From a bacterium (GTDB lineage Bacteria > Bacillota > Clostridia > Oscillospirales > Acutalibacteraceae), in contig JAHKXX010000101.1 of NCBI GenBank assembly GCA_020627425.1, positions 1 through 36,793 on the forward strand: DNA of 36,793 nt. Reading direction: 5' to 3'. The translations under genes were made by a program, and so were the position numbers. Under the pieces are notes generated by a model. The model made no database searches, was not told the origin of the DNA, and worked only from the letters and a program-made list of their open reading frames with translations. This document shows positions 8,480 through 17,095 of this stretch, in pieces (the stretch's first letter is position 1; each line of letters begins with the position of its first letter).

Positions 8480-8523
8480 CTTTATCCGATGATTAAAAAA
8501 GCTGAGACAAAGTACGCACCGGC

Positions 8524-9954
8524 TTACATATCGTCAAGCATAGACAATATTTCCGCATATGCATCATCAGTGCGCTTTTTGTCCTCGTCTTCTTCCTCTG
8601 CGTAGTCAGGTTTTCTGACGGAGGATTTTTCTTCATCTGTTTCCTCGGTGTCCGTTTCCCCGGCAACAACGGCTGTCACTTCGTCATCCAAAGGCTCAGA
8701 CTTGGTTTCTACTATACCGTCGTCCTCTACAGGCTCAGCCACAACAGGTCTTACCTGTGAAAAGTCTATCGCCTGAGTGCTTTGCTGCTGTACCGGTTCT
8801 TCAGTCACGGCTTCGGTCGTGGTCGAAGGGGCTTCGGTACTGTCTGCGTTGTCGTCGTCTGACCGGGGCAGTTCCTCGTCCGGCGTCATATCGGGCGCCT
8901 CGACGGGAGCCTCGGGCGTCTCTGCTTCATTTTCGGATTTTCCGGTCTCCTGCGTCTCTATCGCCTTATCGGTGTTGTCCGGTTCCTCGTTTGATTCTGT
9001 TATATCCTGCTCTTCTTCGTTCTCTGCATCCTTAGTAGCTTCATACGTAAGCGTGTTTTTTACAGGCTCTGTCATATTGCTGCTGTCAGCTTCAAGCTCG
9101 CCGAAATAATCGTCGTCATCATCCTCGTCCGACTGTTCTGTCGGAGCCTTCTGCATATCGTATAGCATACACAAAGCATAAAGCGAAAGCGATATATAGC
9201 AAACGCCGTTCATAATGTTTATAAGTGTAGGCTCTACTATCTCGGTATCGACATTTGTCACGGTCATAGGATAGCTCATTTTTATGAACAGGTCAACAGC
9301 AACAACCAGTCCTGCTATAAAGAAGGTATAGCCGTATACATTGGTTTTCCTTACGGCAAGGCTGTTGTTGACGCCTGCATAGAACATAGACTGATAAAGG
9401 AAAAACATAAGCAAAAGCGCGTCCGCAACCATATCAAAGATCTCCATAGACATAACGGAGCGGCTCTTGTATGTAGCAAAAAGCATTATAAACCTTGCTG
9501 CTATGCCGAGCGGCACAAGCAGGGTAAGCAGCGGCGCCTTTTTCATTCCGTTTGTACCCGTAAAGGAAATACAGCTTTCAAACAGAAGAACACAGCCTGC
9601 TACAGCCACAAGCAGATGACCCACCATTGTAGCTATAGACGCGTCTGACATTGACAGCAGATTTATAACGGATCCTCCCACCAGCATAACTGAGGATATA
9701 AATCCAAATATACCCGTAAGGATATTTTTTGAAGGTTTTGCGTTTAGTTCGACTTTTTTGTCAAGAGCGCCGAATATAAGTCCAAGCAAAAGCATAAGCA
9801 CTATACAGCCCACAAGAATACCGTTACAAACTGCGGTATCGAGAAAAAATCCCTCGCCGTGTACGTTAAACAGTGTATCGCAGATCTTTGCACAGCCGCC
9901 TATGACTGTCAGTATGAACATAGGTATCCATAATTTTTTTAATTTCATAAGCAC
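8524..9954 (-). CDS. hypothetical membrane protein with long acidic low-complexity C-terminal tail
   Basis: 476 aa. The N-terminal ~285 aa have ~8 TM helices; the C-terminal ~190 aa are D/E/T/P-rich. Starts 38 bp after the citrate synthase stop on the same strand. Confidence 0.6.
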   Translation of the reverse strand: MLMKLKKLWIPMFILTVIGGCAKICDTLFNVHGEGFFLDTAVCNGILVGCIVLMLLLGLIFGALDKKVELNAKPSKNILTGIFGFISSVMLVGGSVINLLSMSDASIATMVGHLLVAVAGCVLLFESCISFTGTNGMKKAPLLTLLVPLGIAARFIMLFATYKSRSVMSMEIFDMVADALLLMFFLYQSMFYAGVNNSLAVRKTNVYGYTFFIAGLVVAVDLFIKMSYPMTVTNVDTEIVEPTLINIMNGVCYISLSLYALCMLYDMQKAPTEQSDEDDDDDYFGELEADSSNMTEPVKNTLTYEATKDAENEEEQDITESNEEPDNTDKAIETQETGKSENEAETPEAPVEAPDMTPDEELPRSDDDNADSTEAPSTTTEAVTEEPVQQQSTQAIDFSQVRPVVAEPVEDDGIVETKSEPLDDEVTAVVAGETDTEETDEEKSSVRKPDYAEEEDEDKKRTDDAYAEILSMLDDM

Positions 9955-9992
9955 ATACTCCTTATTTTATCACTCAGAGCCGGAGCGTTTGT

Positions 9993-11381
9993 TTACTGTC
10001 CGGAAACCGCAGAGCCGCCGCGCTGCGATATAGGAGTGTATTTTTTATTATGCACCATAGACCGATAAGCCGGGCGAATTATCCTGCCGCCATAGGTCAC
10101 CTCTTCAATACGGTGAGCACACCAGCCGGCTATTCTTGACACTGCAAACAGCGGTGTAAAAAGCTCGCTCGGAATACCTAACATATCATACACAAATCCC
10201 GAATAAAAGTCAACATTTGCACAGATCACCTTTGAACTGCCCTTTACCTCTGACATTACCCTCGGGGTAAGCTTCTCTATTGTTCTGTACAGGTCAAACT
10301 CCTCGAGCATTTGCTTTTCTCCTGCCAGTTTTTCTGCGGTAGCCTTGAGAATAACTGCCCTCGGGTCGGACAGTGTATAGATTGCGTGTCCAAAGCCGTA
10401 TATCAGCCCCGTGCCGTCGCCTTTTTCTTTTCGGATTATGCCTGCCAGATAATTATATACTTCTTCTTCGTCCTTCCAGTCCTTTACGCTTTCCTTCAGT
10501 TCGGTCATCATTTTGCGGACTCTAAGGTTTGCGCCGCCGTGACGCGGTCCCTTCAGTGCGCCTATAGCGGCTGATATTGCCGAATATGTATCAGTACCGG
10601 AGGAAGAAAGCACACGCGCGGTAAAGGTAGAGTTATTGCCGCCGCCGTGCTCCGCGTGAAGTATCATACACAGATCAAGAAGCTTTGCTTCGGAGTCTGT
10701 AAACTTTGTGTCGGGTCTGAGTGCTCTCAAGATAGACTCACCGGTAGACAGGCTGTTATCCACAGGATGAAAGAACATACTCTCTCTGTCGAATGCCCTT
10801 CTCTTGACCTGATAAGCATAGGTCATGATCGTCGGCAGACAAGCAATAAGCTTTATAGACTGCTTCATAATATTCGGAAGGCTGGTATCATCCGGATTAT
10901 CATCATAGGAATAAAGACTCAGAACACTTCTGGAGAGCTTATTCATAATATCCCTTGACGGGTTTTTCAGTATCATATCCTCAGTAAAATTATCCGGCAG
11001 TTCTCTGCAGGAGCCAAGGGTCATTTTAAAGCCGTCAAGCATTTTCTTTGTAGGCAGGCTGCCAAAAAGCAGAAGCCATGCCGTTTCCTCAAACCCGAAT
11101 CTGTCTTCTTCCACACACGCGTTGACTATATCGTTTACATCTATGCCTCTGTATGTAAGCTTTCCTTCATCAGGCACGCGTTCTCCGTCAGCCATCACAA
11201 AGCCGTGTACGTTACATATATTTGTCAGTCCTGCCATAACTCCCGTACCGTCGGGGTTTCTCAGTCCGCGTTTTACTCCGTATGTCAAAAAATCTTCACT
11301 ATTAAAGCCGTTATGACTTCTGTATTCATCACACAGCTCCAGAAGCTTTTCGTTTAATTCATCTTTTCTTTCGATCATCAC
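9993..11381 (-). CDS. citrate synthase (Si-type citrate/2-methylcitrate synthase family)
   Basis: 462 aa. Family signature GFGHAIY...DPRA and the C-terminal IAGWCAHRIEE region. AAGAGG RBS upstream. Confidence 0.9.
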   Translation of the reverse strand: MMIERKDELNEKLLELCDEYRSHNGFNSEDFLTYGVKRGLRNPDGTGVMAGLTNICNVHGFVMADGERVPDEGKLTYRGIDVNDIVNACVEEDRFGFEETAWLLLFGSLPTKKMLDGFKMTLGSCRELPDNFTEDMILKNPSRDIMNKLSRSVLSLYSYDDNPDDTSLPNIMKQSIKLIACLPTIMTYAYQVKRRAFDRESMFFHPVDNSLSTGESILRALRPDTKFTDSEAKLLDLCMILHAEHGGGNNSTFTARVLSSSGTDTYSAISAAIGALKGPRHGGANLRVRKMMTELKESVKDWKDEEEVYNYLAGIIRKEKGDGTGLIYGFGHAIYTLSDPRAVILKATAEKLAGEKQMLEEFDLYRTIEKLTPRVMSEVKGSSKVICANVDFYSGFVYDMLGIPSELFTPLFAVSRIAGWCAHRIEEVTYGGRIIRPAYRSMVHNKKYTPISQRGGSAVSGQ

Positions 11382-11410
11382 TATACCTCTTTTCCCAACT
11401 CATATCCACT

Positions 11411-11439
11411 ATTTTACACCTCCCCCCTCCCCCTGTCAA
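11411..11439 (-). promoter_or_regulatory. sigma-A-type promoter abutting R4, drives citrate synthase
   Basis: Reverse strand: TTGACA (11434-11439), 17-nt spacer GGGGGAGGGGGGAGGTG, TAAAAT (11411-11416). Confidence 0.7.
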
Positions 11440-11712
11440 GCAGCGTGCCCGGCGCGTGCTCGCGCTGAGCAATTCGCGCACTGTAGTTGGTTGTGTCCTC
11501 CACTTTGTTGGCACGCGTACGAGCCGGGTTTATTGTCCCTCTCCGTCCGCGTCACGGCGCTCAGGGCGCCGCTCGTGCTGGTTTGGAGTGGCGGCAAGTA
11601 TATTTTCTACTCTACTTATTGTCTCCAAAAAACAATACAGCGAGTGTGATGTGAGTCTCTCACACTCATTATTCTTTTTTCTTTATTCTCTATTCTTTAT
11701 TCTTCTATTCTG
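11440..11712 (-). repeat. intergenic structured repeat R4 (full solo unit), P-ward on -
   Basis: + strand: GCGCG-tgct-CGCGC, TGAGCAATTCGCGCACTGT, TTGGCACGCGTACGAGCCGGGTTTATTGTCCCTCTCCGTCCGC, H1 CGGCGC-tcagg-GCGCCG (11555-11571), linker ...TTATTGTCTCC (to 11626), tail A6-CAATACAGCGAGTGTGATGTGAGTCTCTCAC plus TATTCT-rich run up to the yitJ stop at 11713. Confidence 0.9.
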
Positions 11713-13482
11713 TCATAATGATTTTATTATTTCGCTTATTACGTGCGCTCTGTTGAACGGTGTTACAAAATAGAAGCCATCGGCGTGGGGCTTTGCCGCC
11801 TGTACCAGCTCGCACGCTGCCTCTATTCCTGCTTTTTCCGCCTCGCTGCGGCTCATATCATAGTCAAACCGTTCTACAAGGCTGTCGGGGATCACCATTC
11901 CCGGTACTTCGTTTTTCATAAATTCGGCGTTTCTGCGGCTTATGACGGGCATTATTCCGACGAGTACCTTTACTCCGGTCTCTCTCGCCTTGTCGATAGA
12001 ATCAAAAGCCTCCTCCGAAAACACCGGCTGAGTAAGTACAAAGCCTGCTCCGGCATTCATTTTCTTTTGCAGTCTTTTCAGTGAATAGGGAGTTTTTTTC
12101 GGATCGGGATCATAGGCTCCGCCTATTGCTATAGGAGAGTCTGCAAACATTTCCGTATTCAGTGCAGAAATCATATTCATCAGTCTTACCGAATCTATGT
12201 TGAAAACCGGCTTTACTATACCCTTGTCGCTTTCTGCGACAGGGTCGCCCGTTACGGCAAGCACGGCGCGTATACCCTCGTTATGTGCTCCGAGCAGCAG
12301 AGAGCGCATACAGTTTATATTTCTGTCGCGGCAGCATATATGCGGCAGCACCTCTATATCCGTTTCGCGCTTTATCTTTGCCGAGCATATGACGGGGTCT
12401 GCCTTTGCCCGTCCGAGAGGAGAGTCGGACACGGTTATTATATCCACTCCGCTGTCCTTTAGTATTCTTGCGGCTGTCAGCAGCCCGGTAAAGTCAGAGC
12501 CTGACGGCGGGTCAAGCTCCGCGGCGATAATAAAGCGGTTTTCGGTCAAAGCCGAGGAAAAAGGAGCGCGCTTCTTCCTTTTGGGGTAGGCTGCTCTTTT
12601 TATCTCGGTATTTCCGGTGCCGGAGTCAAGACGGTCGGACAAAAGCCTTATAAACTTCGGTTCGGTACCGCAGCAGCCGCCGAGCGCCGACACGCCGTAG
12701 GAGAAAAACGCAGACGCCTTCTCCGCAAAGTATGACGGAGTAGAGGTAAACACTGTTCGTGAATTTTCCATTGTAGGATAGCCTGCATTCGGCATTACAG
12801 TCGTATAAAGACCCATATTTTTCAGCTCTGTAAGAAACGGCGGAGCAAAGCTGAGCATCTGTACGCTGCCGCAGCCGCAGTTAAGACCTGCTGCCGTAAG
12901 CTTTTGACGGTTATTTTTAATTTCACGAAGCAGTGCTTCTCCGGACAGACCCAGTCTTGTCAGACCGTCCGGCAGCAGTGTAAAGGACACGGCTATCTCT
13001 GCATCGGGCTTTTTTTCAAGTATATAGTCGATAGCCGGCATGACCGGCTCCAGCGATGACAGCGTCTCGAACAGGAAGTTCTCGGCGCCGCTCATAATAA
13101 ACGGGTCTATTATTTTTTTATATTCCCCGAGTATCTCCTTCCCGGAAAGCCGTGTGCTGTAAACAGCGCTGACATCGGCAAGAACTGCGGCTCTGCCGTC
13201 GGCGCAGTCGGCCGCTATATTAAACGCGGCGCTTATTATATCGGACAGCTTTTCCCTGTCGGCACCAAGAGTGATACTGTTTGCCGAAAATGTGTTTGTA
13301 CGTATCAGCGCAGCGCCTGCTTCAATATATTCACTGTGTATTTGTCTGATTATTTCGGGGTGGGTTATATTATAAAGCTCACAAAGACTGCTGTCCTGCT
13401 CGGTAAGCTTTGAAAAATAGGTCCCCATGGCTCCGTCTGCGATCACTGTTTTGTTCTGTGAAAAAAGCTGTGAAATTTTCAT
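11713..13482 (-). CDS. yitJ: bifunctional homocysteine S-methyltransferase / 5,10-methylenetetrahydrofolate reductase (YitJ-like)
   Basis: 589 aa. N-terminal Hcy-methyltransferase domain (ADGAMGT, Zn site GGCCGT) fused to a C-terminal MTHFR-like domain. Confidence 0.85.
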   Translation of the reverse strand: MKISQLFSQNKTVIADGAMGTYFSKLTEQDSSLCELYNITHPEIIRQIHSEYIEAGAALIRTNTFSANSITLGADREKLSDIISAAFNIAADCADGRAAVLADVSAVYSTRLSGKEILGEYKKIIDPFIMSGAENFLFETLSSLEPVMPAIDYILEKKPDAEIAVSFTLLPDGLTRLGLSGEALLREIKNNRQKLTAAGLNCGCGSVQMLSFAPPFLTELKNMGLYTTVMPNAGYPTMENSRTVFTSTPSYFAEKASAFFSYGVSALGGCCGTEPKFIRLLSDRLDSGTGNTEIKRAAYPKRKKRAPFSSALTENRFIIAAELDPPSGSDFTGLLTAARILKDSGVDIITVSDSPLGRAKADPVICSAKIKRETDIEVLPHICCRDRNINCMRSLLLGAHNEGIRAVLAVTGDPVAESDKGIVKPVFNIDSVRLMNMISALNTEMFADSPIAIGGAYDPDPKKTPYSLKRLQKKMNAGAGFVLTQPVFSEEAFDSIDKARETGVKVLVGIMPVISRRNAEFMKNEVPGMVIPDSLVERFDYDMSRSEAEKAGIEAACELVQAAKPHADGFYFVTPFNRAHVISEIIKSL

Positions 13483-13496
13483 AATTATATCACCCT

Positions 13497-13530
13497 GCCA
13501 AAACGGGCAAGACGAAGCACCGTCTTGCCC
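13497..13530 (-). terminator. hairpin terminator/attenuator between the yloV-like and yitJ-like genes
   Basis: GGGCAAGACG-loop-CGTCTTGCCC (13505-13530), followed on the reverse strand by GTTTTGG; short U tract, so possibly partial. Confidence 0.5.
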
Positions 13531-13554
13531 GCTGATCTTTTATTTTTATATGTG

Positions 13555-15252
13555 TTATTCTATAGACAATATGAAGTAATATACGGGCTGACCGCCGTTT
13601 ATCAAAGATACCTCTATATTGCTGTTTGTTCTGCTCTTTATGCTTTCAAGCGCTGTATTTGCCTGCGACTCGGATATTCCGTTGCCGTATATAACGGTGA
13701 CATAGGTCGAGTCTCTCTTTATCATTTCCTTAGCAAGCTTTACAACGGCGTGAACGGGATCCTTATCCTTCAGAGTCAGCTTACCGTTATTAAGACCGAT
13801 TATCTCGCCCTCTTTTATTTTCGTAGAGCCAAACTCGGAATCTCTTGCGGCGTAGGTAATGCTTCCTGTGGAAACATTTTTTGCAGCTGTTGTCATATAC
13901 TCGGTATTCAGCTCATCAGTAGCATCCTCCGAGTAGGACAGCATAGCGACCAGACCCTGCGGCACTGTTCTTGTCGGTATTATTATGACAGTTCTGTCGG
14001 TTACCAGAGGTACTACCTGTTCTGCTGCGAGAAGTATATTCTTGTTGTTGGGAAGCAGGAAAACCGTGCTGGCAGGTGTTGCCATAACAGCCTCGAGCAA
14101 ATCCTCCGTACTGGGGTTCATACTCTGACCGCCGTTTACTATATGCTGACAACCCAGATCGCGGAAAACAGTCTCGAGTCCGTCGCCCGAAGCCACTGCA
14201 ACAAATCCCGTACCGGGTACTGCCGCAACAGGCTTTAAAGCTTCTTTTCTGCGCTGCTCCTCTTCGCTCTGTTCTACTGCCTTCTGATATTCCTCAGCAG
14301 CCTTTCTGTGTTGCTCCTTCATATTCTCTACCTTTACCGCGAGCAGCTGACCGAACTTCAGACCCTCCTGAAGAGCTTTACCGGGGTTTTCGGTATGAAC
14401 ATGTACTTTTATTATATCGTCGTCCTCGGCAACAACAACGCAGTCACCGATAGTCTCCAGATAAGAGCGCAGAGCCGAGGGATTTTTTGTTATCTCAGGA
14501 TCCCTGCCTATAATAAGCTCTGTACAGTATGTAAAGTTGATAACGGTGTCAAACTGTGCAGCGGCATTTACAAAGAACTCGTCCCTGCCGTCTCCTCTGA
14601 GAGAAGGCGCAGCGGCTGCCTCCTCCTCGTCGAAGTCTACCATAACGCCGTCACGAAGCAGCGATACCATACCGTCGAATATAACGCAAAGGCCCTTGCC
14701 GCCTGCATCCACAACTCCTGCCTTTTTCAGCACGGGAAGCATTTCGGGAGTCTTGTCAAGCGCTTCGTGTGCGGCTGAGGCTATGGCGCTGAGTACGATT
14801 ATGGGATCGTTATCCTCCTCGCACGCTGCCCTTCCTGCTTCGTAAGCCATTCTTGCTACGGTAAGTATTGTACCCTCTGTCGGGTTCATAACAGCTCCGT
14901 AGGCGGTATCCACGCCTATTTTCAAAGCGTCGACAAATATTTTACCGTCAGCCTCGTCCTTGCCTGCAAGACCCTTTGATATTCCTCTGAACAGCAGTGA
15001 CAGTATAACGCCCGAGTTTCCTCTTGCACCCTTCAGCATTGCCGAAGCGGCAGCCTTTGATACGTCCGCTATACTCTGGGCATTGGTCTCCTCCATGGTC
15101 TTCCTTGCGGATTCCATAGTCATAGACATATTTGTGCCTGTATCGCCGTCCGGCACAGGGAAAATGTTCAGCGCGTTGATTTCTGCCTTTTGATTTATGA
15201 TATTGTTTGCTCCTGATATGATCGCGTTTTTGTAGCTTGAACCGTTTATCAT
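13555..15252 (-). CDS. yloV: DAK2 domain-containing protein (YloV-like, DhaL-fold)
   Basis: 565 aa; N-terminal DGDTGTNM motif of DhaL/DAK2 domains; length typical of YloV. Confidence 0.8.
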   Translation of the reverse strand: MINGSSYKNAIISGANNIINQKAEINALNIFPVPDGDTGTNMSMTMESARKTMEETNAQSIADVSKAAASAMLKGARGNSGVILSLLFRGISKGLAGKDEADGKIFVDALKIGVDTAYGAVMNPTEGTILTVARMAYEAGRAACEEDNDPIIVLSAIASAAHEALDKTPEMLPVLKKAGVVDAGGKGLCVIFDGMVSLLRDGVMVDFDEEEAAAAPSLRGDGRDEFFVNAAAQFDTVINFTYCTELIIGRDPEITKNPSALRSYLETIGDCVVVAEDDDIIKVHVHTENPGKALQEGLKFGQLLAVKVENMKEQHRKAAEEYQKAVEQSEEEQRRKEALKPVAAVPGTGFVAVASGDGLETVFRDLGCQHIVNGGQSMNPSTEDLLEAVMATPASTVFLLPNNKNILLAAEQVVPLVTDRTVIIIPTRTVPQGLVAMLSYSEDATDELNTEYMTTAAKNVSTGSITYAARDSEFGSTKIKEGEIIGLNNGKLTLKDKDPVHAVVKLAKEMIKRDSTYVTVIYGNGISESQANTALESIKSRTNSNIEVSLINGGQPVYYFILSIE

Positions 15253-15286
15253 GATTGCACTTCCTTATTCGGTCGGTTTGTTTTTC

Positions 15287-15547
15287 TCAGCGTATTTCAA
15301 CAATAAGCTTCATAGCGGTGCGCTCGGCTCCGTCTATTTCTATGCTGGTGAATGCAGGTATACATACAAGATCTATTCCCATCGGTGCAAGGTAGCCTCT
15401 GGCTACTGCAATAGATTTGAGTGCCTGATTGGTGGCTCCGGCGCCTACTGCCTGAACCTCTACACAGCCGTAATCTCTTATAACGCCTGCAATAGCTCCC
15501 GCAACCGAATTTGGTGATGATTTAGACGACACCTTTAAAATCTCCAT
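15287..15547 (-). CDS. spoVS: stage V sporulation protein S
   Basis: 86 aa MEILKVSSKSSPNSVAGAIAGVIRDYG...IPAFTSIEIDGAERTAMKLIVEIR, near-colinear with Bacillus SpoVS; lies downstream of ymdB as in Bacillus. Confidence 0.9.
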   Translation of the reverse strand: MEILKVSSKSSPNSVAGAIAGVIRDYGCVEVQAVGAGATNQALKSIAVARGYLAPMGIDLVCIPAFTSIEIDGAERTAMKLIVEIR

Positions 15548-15744
15548 TTTTATTATCCCCCTGAAAACTCTTAGAATTTAATGATATACGGGCTTCAATA
15601 ATTATACCGCCTACTGTAACTCTGTTCTCTCGTTCGCAAAACAAAATAGAATTACAGAATTATTTACACGCCCTATAATATAATATATGCAAAATGAATA
15701 TTATGCAAGCGATTTGTGTATAATTTTTTGTAAATTGAAAAAAA

Positions 15745-16515
15745 TTATACAATTTCAAGGCGCTTGACCGCCAAAGTCTTACCGGATTGGTTATCTATGG
15801 TAAATTTTATGCAGTTCATTTTACATGTGCCATCGGCAAGCTCAAATCTGACCGGAAGCTTTTGGGTAAATTTTTTTACTGCAAGCTCAGGCTTAACGCC
15901 GAGGACAGATTCCACAGGTCCGGTCATACCGACATCGGTAATATACCCGGTGCCGTCGGAAAAGATCCTCTCGTCAGCAGTCTGAACGTGAGTATGGGTA
16001 CCGAACACAGCAGACACTCTGCCGTTGAGATAATATGCCATAGCGAGTTTTTCCGCAGTAGCCTCGGCATGGAAATCAACGACAACAATTCGGGTATCAA
16101 TTTCCTTTAGCAGTCTGTCTACAGTAGAGAACGGGTCATCAAGGCTTTCGAGAAACATACAGCCGAGCAGATTTATCACCGCAATTTTTATTCTGCCCAT
16201 ATCATATATAACAAAGCCCTTACCCGGAGTAGTACCATCGGGGTAGTTGGCAGGTCTTAAAAGGCACTCCTCGCTATCGAACAACGGATAGCACTCTTTT
16301 CTTCTGAATGTATGGTTACCGTTTGTAATAACGTTCACGCCGCTTGTAAAAAGGTGCTGTGCCGATTTCGGAGTTATACCGTTTCCGTCTGCGGAGTTTT
16401 CTCCGTTTGCCACAACAAAATCTATCTCCTCCTCCTTCTTTAGTCTCGGGAGGCGTTCTCTGAGAAAGTTACAGCCCACAAGTCCGCACACATCGCCTAT
16501 CGCCAACACGTTCAA
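15745..16515 (-). CDS. ymdB: YmdB-like metallophosphoesterase (2',3'-cyclic-nucleotide 2'-phosphodiesterase family, TIGR00282)
   Basis: 256 aa, TTG start. GDVCG, NGENSADGNGIT, DFHAEATAEK and GTHTHVQT metallophosphatase motifs. Confidence 0.85.
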   Translation of the reverse strand: MNVLAIGDVCGLVGCNFLRERLPRLKKEEEIDFVVANGENSADGNGITPKSAQHLFTSGVNVITNGNHTFRRKECYPLFDSEECLLRPANYPDGTTPGKGFVIYDMGRIKIAVINLLGCMFLESLDDPFSTVDRLLKEIDTRIVVVDFHAEATAEKLAMAYYLNGRVSAVFGTHTHVQTADERIFSDGTGYITDVGMTGPVESVLGVKPELAVKKFTQKLPVRFELADGTCKMNCIKFTIDNQSGKTLAVKRLEIV

Positions 16516-16560
16516 TTATTATCACTTCATTCCTATCTAACAATATTCCGCAATAAAACC

Positions 16561-16589
16561 ATTTTAATACATTCCCCCCACTCTGTCAA
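16561..16589 (-). promoter_or_regulatory. sigma-A-type promoter abutting R5, drives ymdB
   Basis: Reverse strand: TTGACA (16584-16589), 17-nt spacer GAGTGGGGGGAATGTAT, TAAAAT (16561-16566). Confidence 0.7.
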
Positions 16590-16775
16590 CCCGGTGCCCG
16601 GGCGGCGCGTGCTCGCGCTGAGCAATTCGCGCTCTCGAATTGGTGTTGCCGCCGACTTTATTGGCACGCGGTCAAGCCTGGTTTATTATACCTCTCCGTC
16701 CGCGTCACGGCGCTTACGCGCCGCTCGTGCTGCATCGTTATGCAGGCAAATGTGTTTGTCTATTCTATTTGGTGT
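16590..16775 (-). repeat. intergenic structured repeat R5 (short unit), P-ward on -
   Basis: + strand: CCCGG-tgc-CCGGG (16590-16602), GCGCG-tgct-CGCGC, TGAGCAATTCGCGC, TTGGCACGCGG, GGTTTATTATACCTCTCCGTCCGCG, H1 CGGCGC-ttac-GCGCCG (16708-16723), GCTCGTGCTG, degenerate linker ...TTTGTCTATTCTATTTGGTGTAAC. Confidence 0.9.
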
Positions 16776-16869
16776 AACTGATTATTGTTTATATAATATA
16801 CAGTCAGTATACTATTTTATAACACTACTAATAGTATATTTATAACCGAAAGTAATATCTTGTAGACAA

Positions 16870-16915
16870 CAAAAAACACATCACCGTCATGATGATGTGT
16901 TTTGTACTTTTTATT
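16870..16915 (-). terminator. rho-independent terminator (bidirectional in form) downstream of the yabE-like gene and R6
   Basis: ACACATCA-ccgtcatga-TGATGTGT (16876-16900), flanked by A6 on the left (T6 on the reverse strand) and a T-rich run on the right. Confidence 0.7.
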
Positions 16916-16929
16916 TTGTTGGATCATTC

Positions 16930-17095
16930 AGCAGAAAAGCCAAATGAACTTGTCATTACTCCAAACCAGCACGAGCGGCACCCTGAGTGCCGCGACGCGG
17001 ACTGAGAGGTACAATAAACCCAACTCGACCGCGTGCCAACAAAGCGGGCGGTAACACACACCCGAGTGCGCGAATTGCTCAGCGCGAGCACGCGC
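16930..17095 (+). repeat. intergenic structured repeat R6 (short unit), P-ward on +, ends exactly at the yabE-like stop codon
   Basis: ...CTCCAAACCAGCACGA, H1 GCGGCAC-cctga-GTGCCGC (16975-16993), GACGCGGACTGAGAGGTACAATAAACCCAACTCGACCGCGTGCCAACAAAG...GAGTGCGCGAATTGCTCA, H2 GCGCG-agca-CGCGC ending at 17095. TTA (reverse-strand stop) at 17096-17098. Confidence 0.9.

Noticed and set aside
8404-8523. TPP or other vitamin riboswitch upstream of the ECF-S-like permease (a GCTGAGA string at 8500-8506).
   Set aside because: The GCTGAGA is on the wrong strand for this gene, and the rest of the TPP consensus is absent. The region is better explained as the terminator of the upstream gene.
13483-13554. 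SAM riboswitch upstream of the yitJ-like gene; also a purine riboswitch upstream of purL (36484-36537).
   Set aside because: Both leaders are far too short (about 70 and 50 nt). They contain only a simple terminator hairpin or an unstructured leader, with no conserved riboswitch cores seen.
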